Below the pieces are notes generated by a model. The model made no database searches. It saw only the letters and a list, made by a program, of their open reading frames with translations, and was not told the origin of the DNA. Shown here piece by piece: positions 26,383 to 35,100 of a stretch of DNA of 64,000 nt; position 1 is the stretch's first letter; each line of letters starts with the position of its first letter. This DNA is from Gemmatimonadales bacterium. Lineage in GTDB: Bacteria > Gemmatimonadota > Gemmatimonadetes > Gemmatimonadales > GWC2-71-9. Location of the stretch: positions 224,001 through 288,000 of the forward strand of contig JBBCJC010000001.1 of the NCBI GenBank assembly GCA_037189525.1, given 5' to 3'. Position numbers and translations under genes: made by a program.

Positions 26383-27600
26383 ATGCTACTCGTCTCCATC
26401 GTCATTTTCAGCGTCGCTGCAATATTCTTGCTCCCGACGCTGTCCGACCTCATCAGCCTGCTTGCCCTCCGCCGAGGCACCGGCCCCCTGGTTCCCCCGG
26501 CGCAGGACACCCGATTTCTCATCCTGATCCCGGCTCACGACGAGGAGCTCCTGATCAGCCATACGGTAGAGTCCACCCGGGCACTCCGGTGGCCGCCGCA
26601 TCTGGTTCGGACCATCGTGATCGCCGACAATTGCACCGATGCCACCGCCGAGGTCGCCCGGGCTGCGGGAGCCGAGGTGCTGGAGCGGCGCCACGAGACC
26701 CTTCGAGGCAAGCCACGCGCCATCGCCTGGGCCCTGGAGCGAGTCGACCTGGCGGATTATGACGCCGTGGTCGTCCTCGATGCCGATTCGCTGATCGACC
26801 CCGGATACTGCCAGGCAATCGCGTCGGCCGCGCCCGTCCGGTCGCGGGCCTTCCAGGGGTGGATCGATGTCAGCAACCGGACCGAAACCGCGCTGACGCG
26901 GATGGGCGCCGTCTTTTCGACGGCCCGTTGCCTGTACGCCAACGAACTCAAGACCCGAACCGGCCTGACCGTCCCCTTCGGCAACGGCCTCTGTCTGGGC
27001 GCCGAAGTGCTCGAACGGCATGGCTGGACCGCGTTCTCGATCTGCGAAGACTGGGAACTCTATGCCATCCTGACCGAGCAGGGCGTACCAGTCCTCGGCG
27101 TTCCCGCCGCCCATACCTATTCGCAGGAAGCGAAGACGCTCAAGCAGGGCTCGAGCCAGCGCAGCCGATGGGCCGCCGGGAAGACGACCGTGCTGGCCCG
27201 GTACCTGGGCCCCTTGCTGCGGACCCGTCGGATCGGCTGGCGCCAGAAACTCGATGCGGTAGCGGAGCTGACGGGCCTGGGCCCGGTCGTGCATGCGGGC
27301 GTTGCGGCGCTCCTGTCGATGCTGGCCGCCGCCCTGGCCGTGCCCGGCTGGCCCTGGCTGGTGGCACTCCTGCTTGGCTCGCTCTTACGCACCGTGGTGC
27401 TCACCGCGCTGGCCCTTCGTCACGACCCGGAACCCGGCAAGGCCATCCTCGCGTTCCTCTACCTCCCCTGGTACGCCGTCTGGCGCATCGTGGTCCAGGT
27501 CAAGTCGTTCGGGATGCTGGGCGACAAACCCTGGGTCCGTACCGATCGTCATGCCCAACAGCCGGCCGATACCCCGCCGCTCGATCGTCAAGGCCCCTGA
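26383..27600 (+). CDS. GT2 membrane glycosyltransferase (CESA-like superfamily)
   Basis: Motifs IPAHDEE, ADNCTD, LDADS, CEDWE, QRSRW (QxxRW). TM helices at both ends. Start at ATG 26383. Confidence 0.88.
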   Translation: MLLVSIVIFSVAAIFLLPTLSDLISLLALRRGTGPLVPPAQDTRFLILIPAHDEELLISHTVESTRALRWPPHLVRTIVIADNCTDATAEVARAAGAEVLERRHETLRGKPRAIAWALERVDLADYDAVVVLDADSLIDPGYCQAIASAAPVRSRAFQGWIDVSNRTETALTRMGAVFSTARCLYANELKTRTGLTVPFGNGLCLGAEVLERHGWTAFSICEDWELYAILTEQGVPVLGVPAAHTYSQEAKTLKQGSSQRSRWAAGKTTVLARYLGPLLRTRRIGWRQKLDAVAELTGLGPVVHAGVAALLSMLAAALAVPGWPWLVALLLGSLLRTVVLTALALRHDPEPGKAILAFLYLPWYAVWRIVVQVKSFGMLGDKPWVRTDRHAQQPADTPPLDRQGP

Positions 27601-27613
27601 GCCACCCCGTCGC

Positions 27614-27642
27614 TCGCTCGGCGGGAAACCCCTGCCGAGTGA
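27614..27642 (+). terminator. GC-rich hairpin after the GT2 gene
   Basis: TCGCTCGGCGGG...CCTGCCGAGTGA imperfect stem just downstream of the stop. No U-tract. Confidence 0.4.
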
Positions 27643-27927
27643 ATCGACCCGCGACTCGGCACTTCCTGTAAACCCAACGTAGGTCATCACGGCAGCTGCG
27701 CACGGGCAGCCGACCGCCCTGGGCACCACGCGATAGGCCCCGCGCCGAGCCCCGCATCAGCACTCGCTCGACCAGCCACGACGGACCAGACGACGCATGG
27801 CACAGCGGGTTGTGAATCGCAGCCTGCCGGCGGCGCTCGACCGGCCGATCATACGAGCACCGAATGCCCGCAAGTATCCGATCACGGCCCGGGCCGCCGC
27901 GGTGCGACGGCTGATCCGGAAACGGCG

Positions 27928-27964
27928 ACGCCGCGGTCACTCGGCAATCGAGTGACCGCGGCGT
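27928..27964. repeat. Perfect 16-bp inverted repeat (hairpin; terminator- or REP-like)
   Basis: ACGCCGCGGTCACTCG-GCAAT-CGAGTGACCGCGGCGT, about 20 nt past the stop of the minus-strand Ig-repeat gene. Confidence 0.75.
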
Positions 27965-27983
27965 GGTCTGACCACCCGGGACG

Positions 27984-30900
27984 TCAGGGCCGCGTGCTGA
28001 GGCGCGTGTGGTCGAACCGAACCGTGTACGCCGTCGGGTTGGAACCGCCCGACCCGCTCTCCTGTGGCGTGAACTTCGCTCGTGAGAACGCCCCCGCCGA
28101 GTAGTTCTGGTTGGTGTGAGTGCCCTGCAGCACGCCGTCCACCCACCACTGCAGCACATGACTCCCGCCGCTCCCCGAGCGATCCAGCGACATCTCGACC
28201 CGGTGCCACTTGTCTCGCTTGAGCGGCGTCGCGGTCCGGTTCGCCAGCGGATACTGTCCTCCGCTAAAGATGCGCAGGTAGAAGTCGCCCGTCGTCGGAT
28301 CGCCGGTCCACTTGCTCGCCACCAGAATCACGTTGTTCGGCTCGATGTAGGCAAGCTTGTGCAGCATCGACTTCGTCGGGAACGTCGAACCCAGCTTGAA
28401 CCAGAAGGCCCAGTACAGACGATTGGTGCCCTTGAAGGTGTACTCGAGCATCGGCGCGCCGCCGGCTCGCGCACCAACCGGGAAGGTCCATTCGAGCACC
28501 AGCGGACCGGAGACCGGAGCGCTCGCATCGCTGACCGTACCCAGCCGCACACCTTCCGACGACGGGTTCCAGGCCTCGTCCCACCCGCCCGCCTTGAGCG
28601 AGCTGGTGAAGCCATAGTCGGTGATCAGCGTCGACCCGGTGGGTTCGTTCGGATACAACCCGCCAGACTGAGGCGGCTCGGGGGGCGTCTGGGCCGCTTC
28701 GACCGTCACCGTTGCCGGTGGAGCAGAGACGCCGCCCGTCGACGCGTTGACGCGATAGTTGCCCGAGGTGCTCGGCGCCGAGTACACCCCCGTCGTCGAG
28801 ATCGAGCCACCAGTGGTCGAGTAAGACACGGCCGCCGGACGGTTGACGCCGTCGGACCAGGTCGCCATCGCCTGATACTGCTGGGTACCGCCGGCATCGA
28901 TCTGCGTGTTGCCCGGCGTCAGCGCCAGCGCCGTCACGACCGGCGCCGCAACCGTCACCGTACTCGTATCGGCAATCGTCCCGTCCTGATGGCGCGCGAT
29001 GACACGATAGGTTCCAGGCGTACCGGGCGCGGTAAAGAGACCCGTCGTCGCCCCGATCGAACCGCCGGTCGCGCTCCACCGAACCGACGGCGCGGTGGTC
29101 GACCCGTTGCTCCAGGTGGCGGCGACGGTGAACTGCTGCGTCAATCCGGTCTGCACCGTCGCCGTCTTGGGCGACACACGCAAGGCGGTCAGCGTCGGCG
29201 CCGTTACGGCAACCGTCAGATTGACGGTATCGGCAATGGTGCCCCCGTTCTGCCGCGCGATGACCCGATAGGTTCCCGCGCTGGATCCGGCCGTGAACAA
29301 CCCGGTCGACGAGATCGACCCGCCGGTCGCGGACCACGTCACGGCCGGCGCACCCGAACCGCCGTTGGTCCAGACCCCGCTGACCGTATACTGCTGCGTC
29401 GCGCCCGCAGCCACCGTCACGCCGCTCGGCGAGACGTCGAGACCAACCAGCTGTGGCGCGGCCACCGTCACCGTCACGTCGCTCGTGTCCGCGAGACGCC
29501 CGCCCTGCTGCGTCGCAATGACGCGGTACCGCCCGGCCGTCGAGCCGGCGACGAACACGCCGCTCGATGAAATACTGCCACCGGTTGCCGAGTACGTCAC
29601 CGTCGGCGTACCGCTCCCGCCGTTGGTCCAGACGCCGGTAACCGAGAATCGCTGCGTCGAACCGGCCTGCACCGTCGCCGATGACGGCGACAGCACGACG
29701 CCAGTCAGGACTGGAGCGGGCTGCGGGATCGTCACGGCACTGGTGTCGGCCAGGCCGGACTGGTGCCGGGCAATGACCCTGAACGTGCCGGCCGTGGAGC
29801 CGGCGGTGTAGACACCGGTTCCCGAGATGGTCCCACCCGTCGCGGTCCATGTAACCGCCGGGATCCCTGAACCGCCGTTGGTCCAGGATCCGTTGGCAAC
29901 GAACGCCTGCTGCCGGCCCGACTGGACCGTTGCCTGGGCCGGCGTTACAACGACGGCCCGCAGGACCGGGGCGGGCGCGGACACCGTTACCAGACTGGTG
30001 TCGGCGGTACCGTTCGAGGTGCGACCAATGACCCGAAACGTTCCGGTCGACGACCCGGCGGTAAACCGGCCGGCGTTGGTGATGGTGCCACCGGTGGCCG
30101 TCCACGTCACCGGCGCCGCCGAGGAGGCGGAGCCGTCGCTCAACGTAGCATTGGCGGAGAACAGCGCCGTCTTACCGGTTTCGACCGTCACACGCTCGGG
30201 ATCGACCGCCAGACGCGACACGCTGGGCGCAGTCACGCGCACCTCACTCGTGTCCGCCCGCGTTCCCCCCTCGTGCGTGGCAATGACGCGGTAGCTCCCC
30301 GGCGTCGACCCGGCCCGGTAGACACCGGCGTCCGAAATCGTACCGCCCGTAGCCCGGTAGGTGACCGGCGGCACTGTCGACGACCCGTCACTCCACGATC
30401 CCGCCACCGTAAACGTCTGACTCTCACCCGCGCCTAACGTCACCGAGCCCGGGTTGAGCACCAGTTGCGACAGCGTGGCGGCAGGCGATCCGACCACGAC
30501 CTGCGCCGTGTCCGAGACGTTGCCGACCGTCGCGATCACGGTGTACTGCCCGTCGCGCTGCCCTGCCCGGAAGACGCCGAAATTATCGATTGAGCCGCCC
30601 GTCGCTTTCCAGGACGGCGAGACCATCCGGTTCGAACCATCCGAATACCGGGCGGACGCCAGAAAGAGCATCCACCCGCCGCGGCTGAGCCGCACCGATC
30701 CCGGTGTAATAGACACGCCGGTCACGGAGGCTGGCTTGATCCGCACGACGGCACGCGCAAGCTGCGAAGAACCGCGGGCGCTCGCCACGACGACGAAATC
30801 CCCCTCGGTCGAGAGGGCGGTAAAATTGCCCTTCGCATCGATGGTGCCGCCGTCGGTGCTGTAGTCCACCGTCGACGGCGTCGTGATCGTCCCGTCGGTC

Positions 30901-31637
30901 CACTCGGCCTTGACATCGAACTGTTCGTGACCGCCGGCAACGACATCGACCTCCGCCGGCTCGATCCGCACGGTGCGCAGCTGCCGACGCGGCTGTACGA
31001 AGACGGCCGACGTGTCGGACAGGCCGTTGGCCGCGATCGCGACGACGATGAAGGGGCCCTCGTCGGTCGCCGAATAAAGACCCGACCCGTCGATCGTCCC
31101 GCCGGAAGCCGTCCAGAAGATTGGGACCGTGGCGCTGGCACCGCTCTGCAGTTTCGCGTGGGCGGTGAACTGCTGCACGTCACCGAGTTCGAGATTGAGA
31201 TGCTTCGGGGTCATCTCGACCGACGTCACCGGATTGTCCGGTCCGACGACATAGACGGCCGCGGAGTCCGCCTTGTCGGCCTGCTGCACCGACCGGGCAA
31301 CGACCCAGTAGGTGCCCGGCGTCGGCGCCGAGAAGTTTCCGGAACCGTCGACCGTCCCGCCACTGGCCGTCCACATCACCTCGACCCCGACGCTGTCCCC
31401 CGCGGCCCGGTGTCCGAACGCGGCAAAAGAGATCGGCTCTCCTCGCTGGACCGTCCCCAGACTCGGCGACACGATCAGTCGCGAGATCGCCGCATTCGGC
31501 GGACCTTCGGAGGCCGGTGGCCCCAGGAACTCCCGCTTCTGCCCCTCTTCCGCGCAGCCGGCCAAGACGACCAGTGCGAGTGCCCAGACTTGAATTTGAA
31601 GAGCCGTGACCCGACGCCGCGCAGTCCTCATGTCCAT
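27984..31637 (-). CDS. Large surface lipoprotein with 11 Ig-like (Big_2-type) repeats and a C-terminal ConA/jelly-roll-like domain
   Basis: Lipobox LVVLAG-C. ~86-aa repeats of pattern SP..TV..G..QQF...W.ATGG.I...G.YTAG...GTYRVIA...ADT..VTV, then a Pro-rich linker and an aromatic-rich ~220-aa tip. Start ATG at 31637 or 31631. Confidence 0.85.
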   Translation of the reverse strand: MDMRTARRRVTALQIQVWALALVVLAGCAEEGQKREFLGPPASEGPPNAAISRLIVSPSLGTVQRGEPISFAAFGHRAAGDSVGVEVMWTASGGTVDGSGNFSAPTPGTYWVVARSVQQADKADSAAVYVVGPDNPVTSVEMTPKHLNLELGDVQQFTAHAKLQSGASATVPIFWTASGGTIDGSGLYSATDEGPFIVVAIAANGLSDTSAVFVQPRRQLRTVRIEPAEVDVVAGGHEQFDVKAEWTDGTITTPSTVDYSTDGGTIDAKGNFTALSTEGDFVVVASARGSSQLARAVVRIKPASVTGVSITPGSVRLSRGGWMLFLASARYSDGSNRMVSPSWKATGGSIDNFGVFRAGQRDGQYTVIATVGNVSDTAQVVVGSPAATLSQLVLNPGSVTLGAGESQTFTVAGSWSDGSSTVPPVTYRATGGTISDAGVYRAGSTPGSYRVIATHEGGTRADTSEVRVTAPSVSRLAVDPERVTVETGKTALFSANATLSDGSASSAAPVTWTATGGTITNAGRFTAGSSTGTFRVIGRTSNGTADTSLVTVSAPAPVLRAVVVTPAQATVQSGRQQAFVANGSWTNGGSGIPAVTWTATGGTISGTGVYTAGSTAGTFRVIARHQSGLADTSAVTIPQPAPVLTGVVLSPSSATVQAGSTQRFSVTGVWTNGGSGTPTVTYSATGGSISSSGVFVAGSTAGRYRVIATQQGGRLADTSDVTVTVAAPQLVGLDVSPSGVTVAAGATQQYTVSGVWTNGGSGAPAVTWSATGGSISSTGLFTAGSSAGTYRVIARQNGGTIADTVNLTVAVTAPTLTALRVSPKTATVQTGLTQQFTVAATWSNGSTTAPSVRWSATGGSIGATTGLFTAPGTPGTYRVIARHQDGTIADTSTVTVAAPVVTALALTPGNTQIDAGGTQQYQAMATWSDGVNRPAAVSYSTTGGSISTTGVYSAPSTSGNYRVNASTGGVSAPPATVTVEAAQTPPEPPQSGGLYPNEPTGSTLITDYGFTSSLKAGGWDEAWNPSSEGVRLGTVSDASAPVSGPLVLEWTFPVGARAGGAPMLEYTFKGTNRLYWAFWFKLGSTFPTKSMLHKLAYIEPNNVILVASKWTGDPTTGDFYLRIFSGGQYPLANRTATPLKRDKWHRVEMSLDRSGSGGSHVLQWWVDGVLQGTHTNQNYSAGAFSRAKFTPQESGSGGSNPTAYTVRFDHTRLSTRP

Positions 31638-31699
31638 TCCCCAAAGCCGCGTTGAAAGCTTGGGCGACCACCACGATCGCCTCACCCCAGGCGGGATTG

Positions 31700-31714
31700 G
31701 CAAGGAACGGACCA
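31700..31714 (-). promoter_or_regulatory. Candidate sigma-54 promoter for Ig-repeat gene 1
   Basis: Minus strand TGGTCC-GTTCC-TTGC (GG-N10-GC), about 60 nt upstream of the ATG. Confidence 0.45.
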
Positions 31715-31940
31715 GATTAATGTAGAATAATTTTACATACTATAGAGCGATGACATGTAAAGCTACAAAGCAATTATTCTCAATGAGTTACATAAACCAT
31801 GACCACGAATCATTCATAAAATGACGTACAATAACTATACACTTTACCGACATCATCTGAGTGCAATGGCTTGCGCGCAAACCCGGCTCAACCCTTCTTA
31901 TCTGACTCCAAATTCCGGTAAATCAATAGCTTACAACACA
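31715..31940. promoter_or_regulatory. AT-rich regulatory region with palindrome and IHF-like sites
   Basis: Visibly AT-rich. 19-bp one-mismatch palindrome ATGTAGAATAATTTTACAT (31720-31738). AATCAATAGCTTA (31921-31933) matches WATCAA-N4-TTR, with a near-match at 31778-31790. Confidence 0.55.
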
Positions 31941-32114
31941 CCCGGCGGCGACCCGCCATTACCCCCGCTCAAATCGCCGTTGCGCCCACGCATCGTCTCG
32001 AATCACGGCTGACCGCCATCTGCAACGGCGCCGATTCGCGGCATGAGTTCAGGCCCAACACCCCGCCGTACGAGCACGCCGAACCCCTTGACCCACCCGC
32101 CCCGGACTCCGGCA

Positions 32115-32155
32115 CAAAAGGAACGGGCCCGTCGACGCCATCGCCGACGGGCCCG
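32115..32155 (-). terminator. Rho-independent terminator of Ig-repeat gene 2
   Basis: 11-bp stem CGGGCCCGTCG/CGACGGGCCCG followed on the minus strand by TTCCTTTTG. Confidence 0.7.
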
Positions 32156-32177
32156 CACCACCACAATCTGATGCTCG

Positions 32178-35100
32178 TTACCAGGTACTCAATCGCGTGT
32201 GATCGAAGCGGACCGTGTACGCCGTCGGATTGGAACCGCCGGACCCGCTCTCCTGTGGCGTAAACTTGGCTCGAGCGAACGACCCCGCCGAATAGCTCTG
32301 GTTGCTGTAGGTCCCCTGCAGCGTGCCGTTGACCCACCACCGTAAGACATGGGATCCGTTGCCACCGGAACGATCCACGATCATTTCCACCTGGTGCCAC
32401 CGATCGCGCGCGAGCGGCGTCGGCGTCCCGTTGGCGAGCGGATACTGCCCGCCGCTGAAGATGCGGAGGTAGAACTCGCCCGTCGACGGATCGCCGGACC
32501 ACTTGCTCGCGACCAGAATGAGGTTGTTCGGCTCGATGTACGCGAGCTTGTGCAGCATCGACTTCGTGGGGAACGTCGCCCCGAGCTTGAACCAGAACGA
32601 CCAGTACACCCGGTTGGTGCCGCTGAAGGTGTACTCGAGCATCGGCGCGCCACCGGCCCGCGCACCAACCGGGAAGGTCCACTCGAGCACCGACGGCCCG
32701 GACACCGGCGCCGTGGCATCCGAGGCCATCGCCAGACGCGGGCCTTCAGACGAAGGATTCCATTCCTCGGCCCACCCTCCAGCCCGCAGCGGACCGGCGG
32801 GGAAGCCGTAGTCGGTGATCAGGCGGGCGCCCGACGGCTCATTGGGATAACGTCCGGTCCCGCTGGACGGAGGCGGCGGCGCGGCCGCGGCCGAAATTGT
32901 CACCGGAATGGTGTCCGCGATTGCGCCACCGGCCACCGAGGCAATGACGCGGTAAGTACCGGCCGTCGACCCCGCAGTGTACAACCCGCTGGAGTTGATG
33001 CTGCCGCCGGTTGCCGTCCAGGTGATGAGAGGATTGGAGACCGAGCCGTCCGTGAGGCGACCCACCACCGACAACTGCTGGGTGCCACCGGCCTGGACGG
33101 TGATCGAGGTCGGATTGATCGCGACGGAGGCCAAAGTCGGCGTCGACTGCGGCCCGGAAATCGTCACAGATGATGTGTCCGCGCGCCCACAGGAGCATGC
33201 GGCAATCACCAGGAACGTCCCTGCAGACCGACCTGCTGTATACAGTCCGTTCACCGAAATGGTCCCTCCCGTCGCTGTATACGTTACAGCAACCGCCCGG
33301 CTGGCGCCATCGGACCACGTCGCCGAGGTCTGGAACTGCTGGGTGGCCCCTTGAGCCAAGGTGGCGCTCGCCGGGGTCATCACGATCCGCGAAACCGTCG
33401 GCGCGCTGACCGTCACCTGGGTCGTATCAGCTACTGAGCCGGCCGTCTGCCGGGCAATCACCCGGTAGGTACCTGGCGTGGTCGGCGCGGTATACGCGCC
33501 CTGATTCGTGATGGTCCCGCCGGTTGCCGACCAACTGACACCCGGAACCGTCGTTCCCCCATTACTCCAAGTCGCCGCAACCGCAAACTGCTGCGTCAAC
33601 CCGGTCTGGAGCGTGATGTTGCGCGGGCTGATCCGGAGCGCCGTCAGAGTCGCCGGCGCCGCCGACACCGTGACCGACACCGTATCGGCAAAGCTCCCAC
33701 CCTGCTGACGGGCAATGATCCGATAGGTCCCGGCGGAGCTGCCTGCCGTATAGCGGCCGCTCGTCGTGATGGTACCGCCGGTCGCGGTCCAGTTGACTGC
33801 CGGCGCGCCGCTGCCGCCGTTGGTCCAGGTGCCCGCCACCGTGTACTGCTGCACACCCCCCGACGCGAGGGTCGCATTGTTGGGAGTGACCACGATACCG
33901 GTCAGCGTCGGCGCCGCCGACGTGACGGTTACCGCCGCGGTGTCCGCGAGGCCGCCATCCCGCTGACGAGCCACGACACGATACGTCCCTGCCGCCGTGC
34001 CGGCCCGGAAGAGCCCGTTGCTTTCGATCGTTCCACCCGTTGCCGACCAGGTGATCTGCGGGACACCGGACCCGCCGTTGGTCCACGTCGCCGCGACGGT
34101 GAACTGCCGGGTGCCGCCCGCCTGCACCGTCGCCGTCGACGGAGAGAGCGTGATGGCGGTGAGCTGCGGAGCCGGCGGCGTGATGGTCACCAGGGCGGTA
34201 TCCGCCACCGTGCCACCCGCTTGCCGCGCAATGATCCGGTAGGTCCCGGCCTCGGTTCCGGCCGTGAAACGACCCCGGTTCGAAATCCGGCCGCCGCTGG
34301 CCGTCCAGGTAATCGACGGCGTTCCGCTGCCGCCGTTGGTCCAGGCCGCGGCCACCTGGAACGTCTGGGTCGCCCCGGTGAGCAACGAGACCGTCTTCGG
34401 ACTCACGGTGAGACCCGCCAGGACAGGCGTGGTCGACGTCACCGTCACCAGACTGGTATCGGCGAGCCCGGTGGAATGCCGCGCAATGACCCGGTAGGTC
34501 CCGCTCGACTGTCCCGCGGTGTAGAGGCCGCCGGTCGTGATGGTGCCGCCGGTTGCCGACCATGACACGCCAGGTGCGCTGGACGACCCGTCGGTCCACT
34601 CGCCGCGCACCGAGAACTGAACGGTCCGCCCGCGCTCGACCGAGGTCCCCGCCGGCGACACCTCGAGCGCCGCAAGCACCGGCGCCGCCACGGTCACACG
34701 CACGGTATCCGCCAGCGCGCCGCCCACTTGCCGCGCAATGACGCGATAGCTTCCAGGCACCGGCCCGGCCACGTACTCACCGGTCGACGAAATCGTCCCG
34801 CCAGTCGCCGTCCACTGGACCGCCGGAACGATCGAGCCGCCATCACTCCAGGCCCCCCGCGGCGAGAACTGCTGCTTCCCGCCGGCGGGCAACGTCACCG
34901 TCGCCGGCTCGACCGCAAGGGTCTGCAGCGTGGCCTTGGGCACCCCGACGACAACAATCGAGGTATCCGCCGCATTGCCGGCCTGCGCAATGACCCGGTA
35001 GGTACCGGAGGTCCGCCCCGCGACATACCGGCCCTCTACAATCGAGCCGCCCGTGGCCGACCAGGTCACCTCGACCGGAAGCGCCAATCCGTTACTGGCG

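Noticed and set aside
27984..32300. PEP-CTERM sorting signals on the Ig-repeat proteins
   Set aside because: PPEPP is an internal linker. The C-termini lack a TM helix and basic tail, the proteins have N-terminal lipoboxes, and no exosortase is seen in the window.
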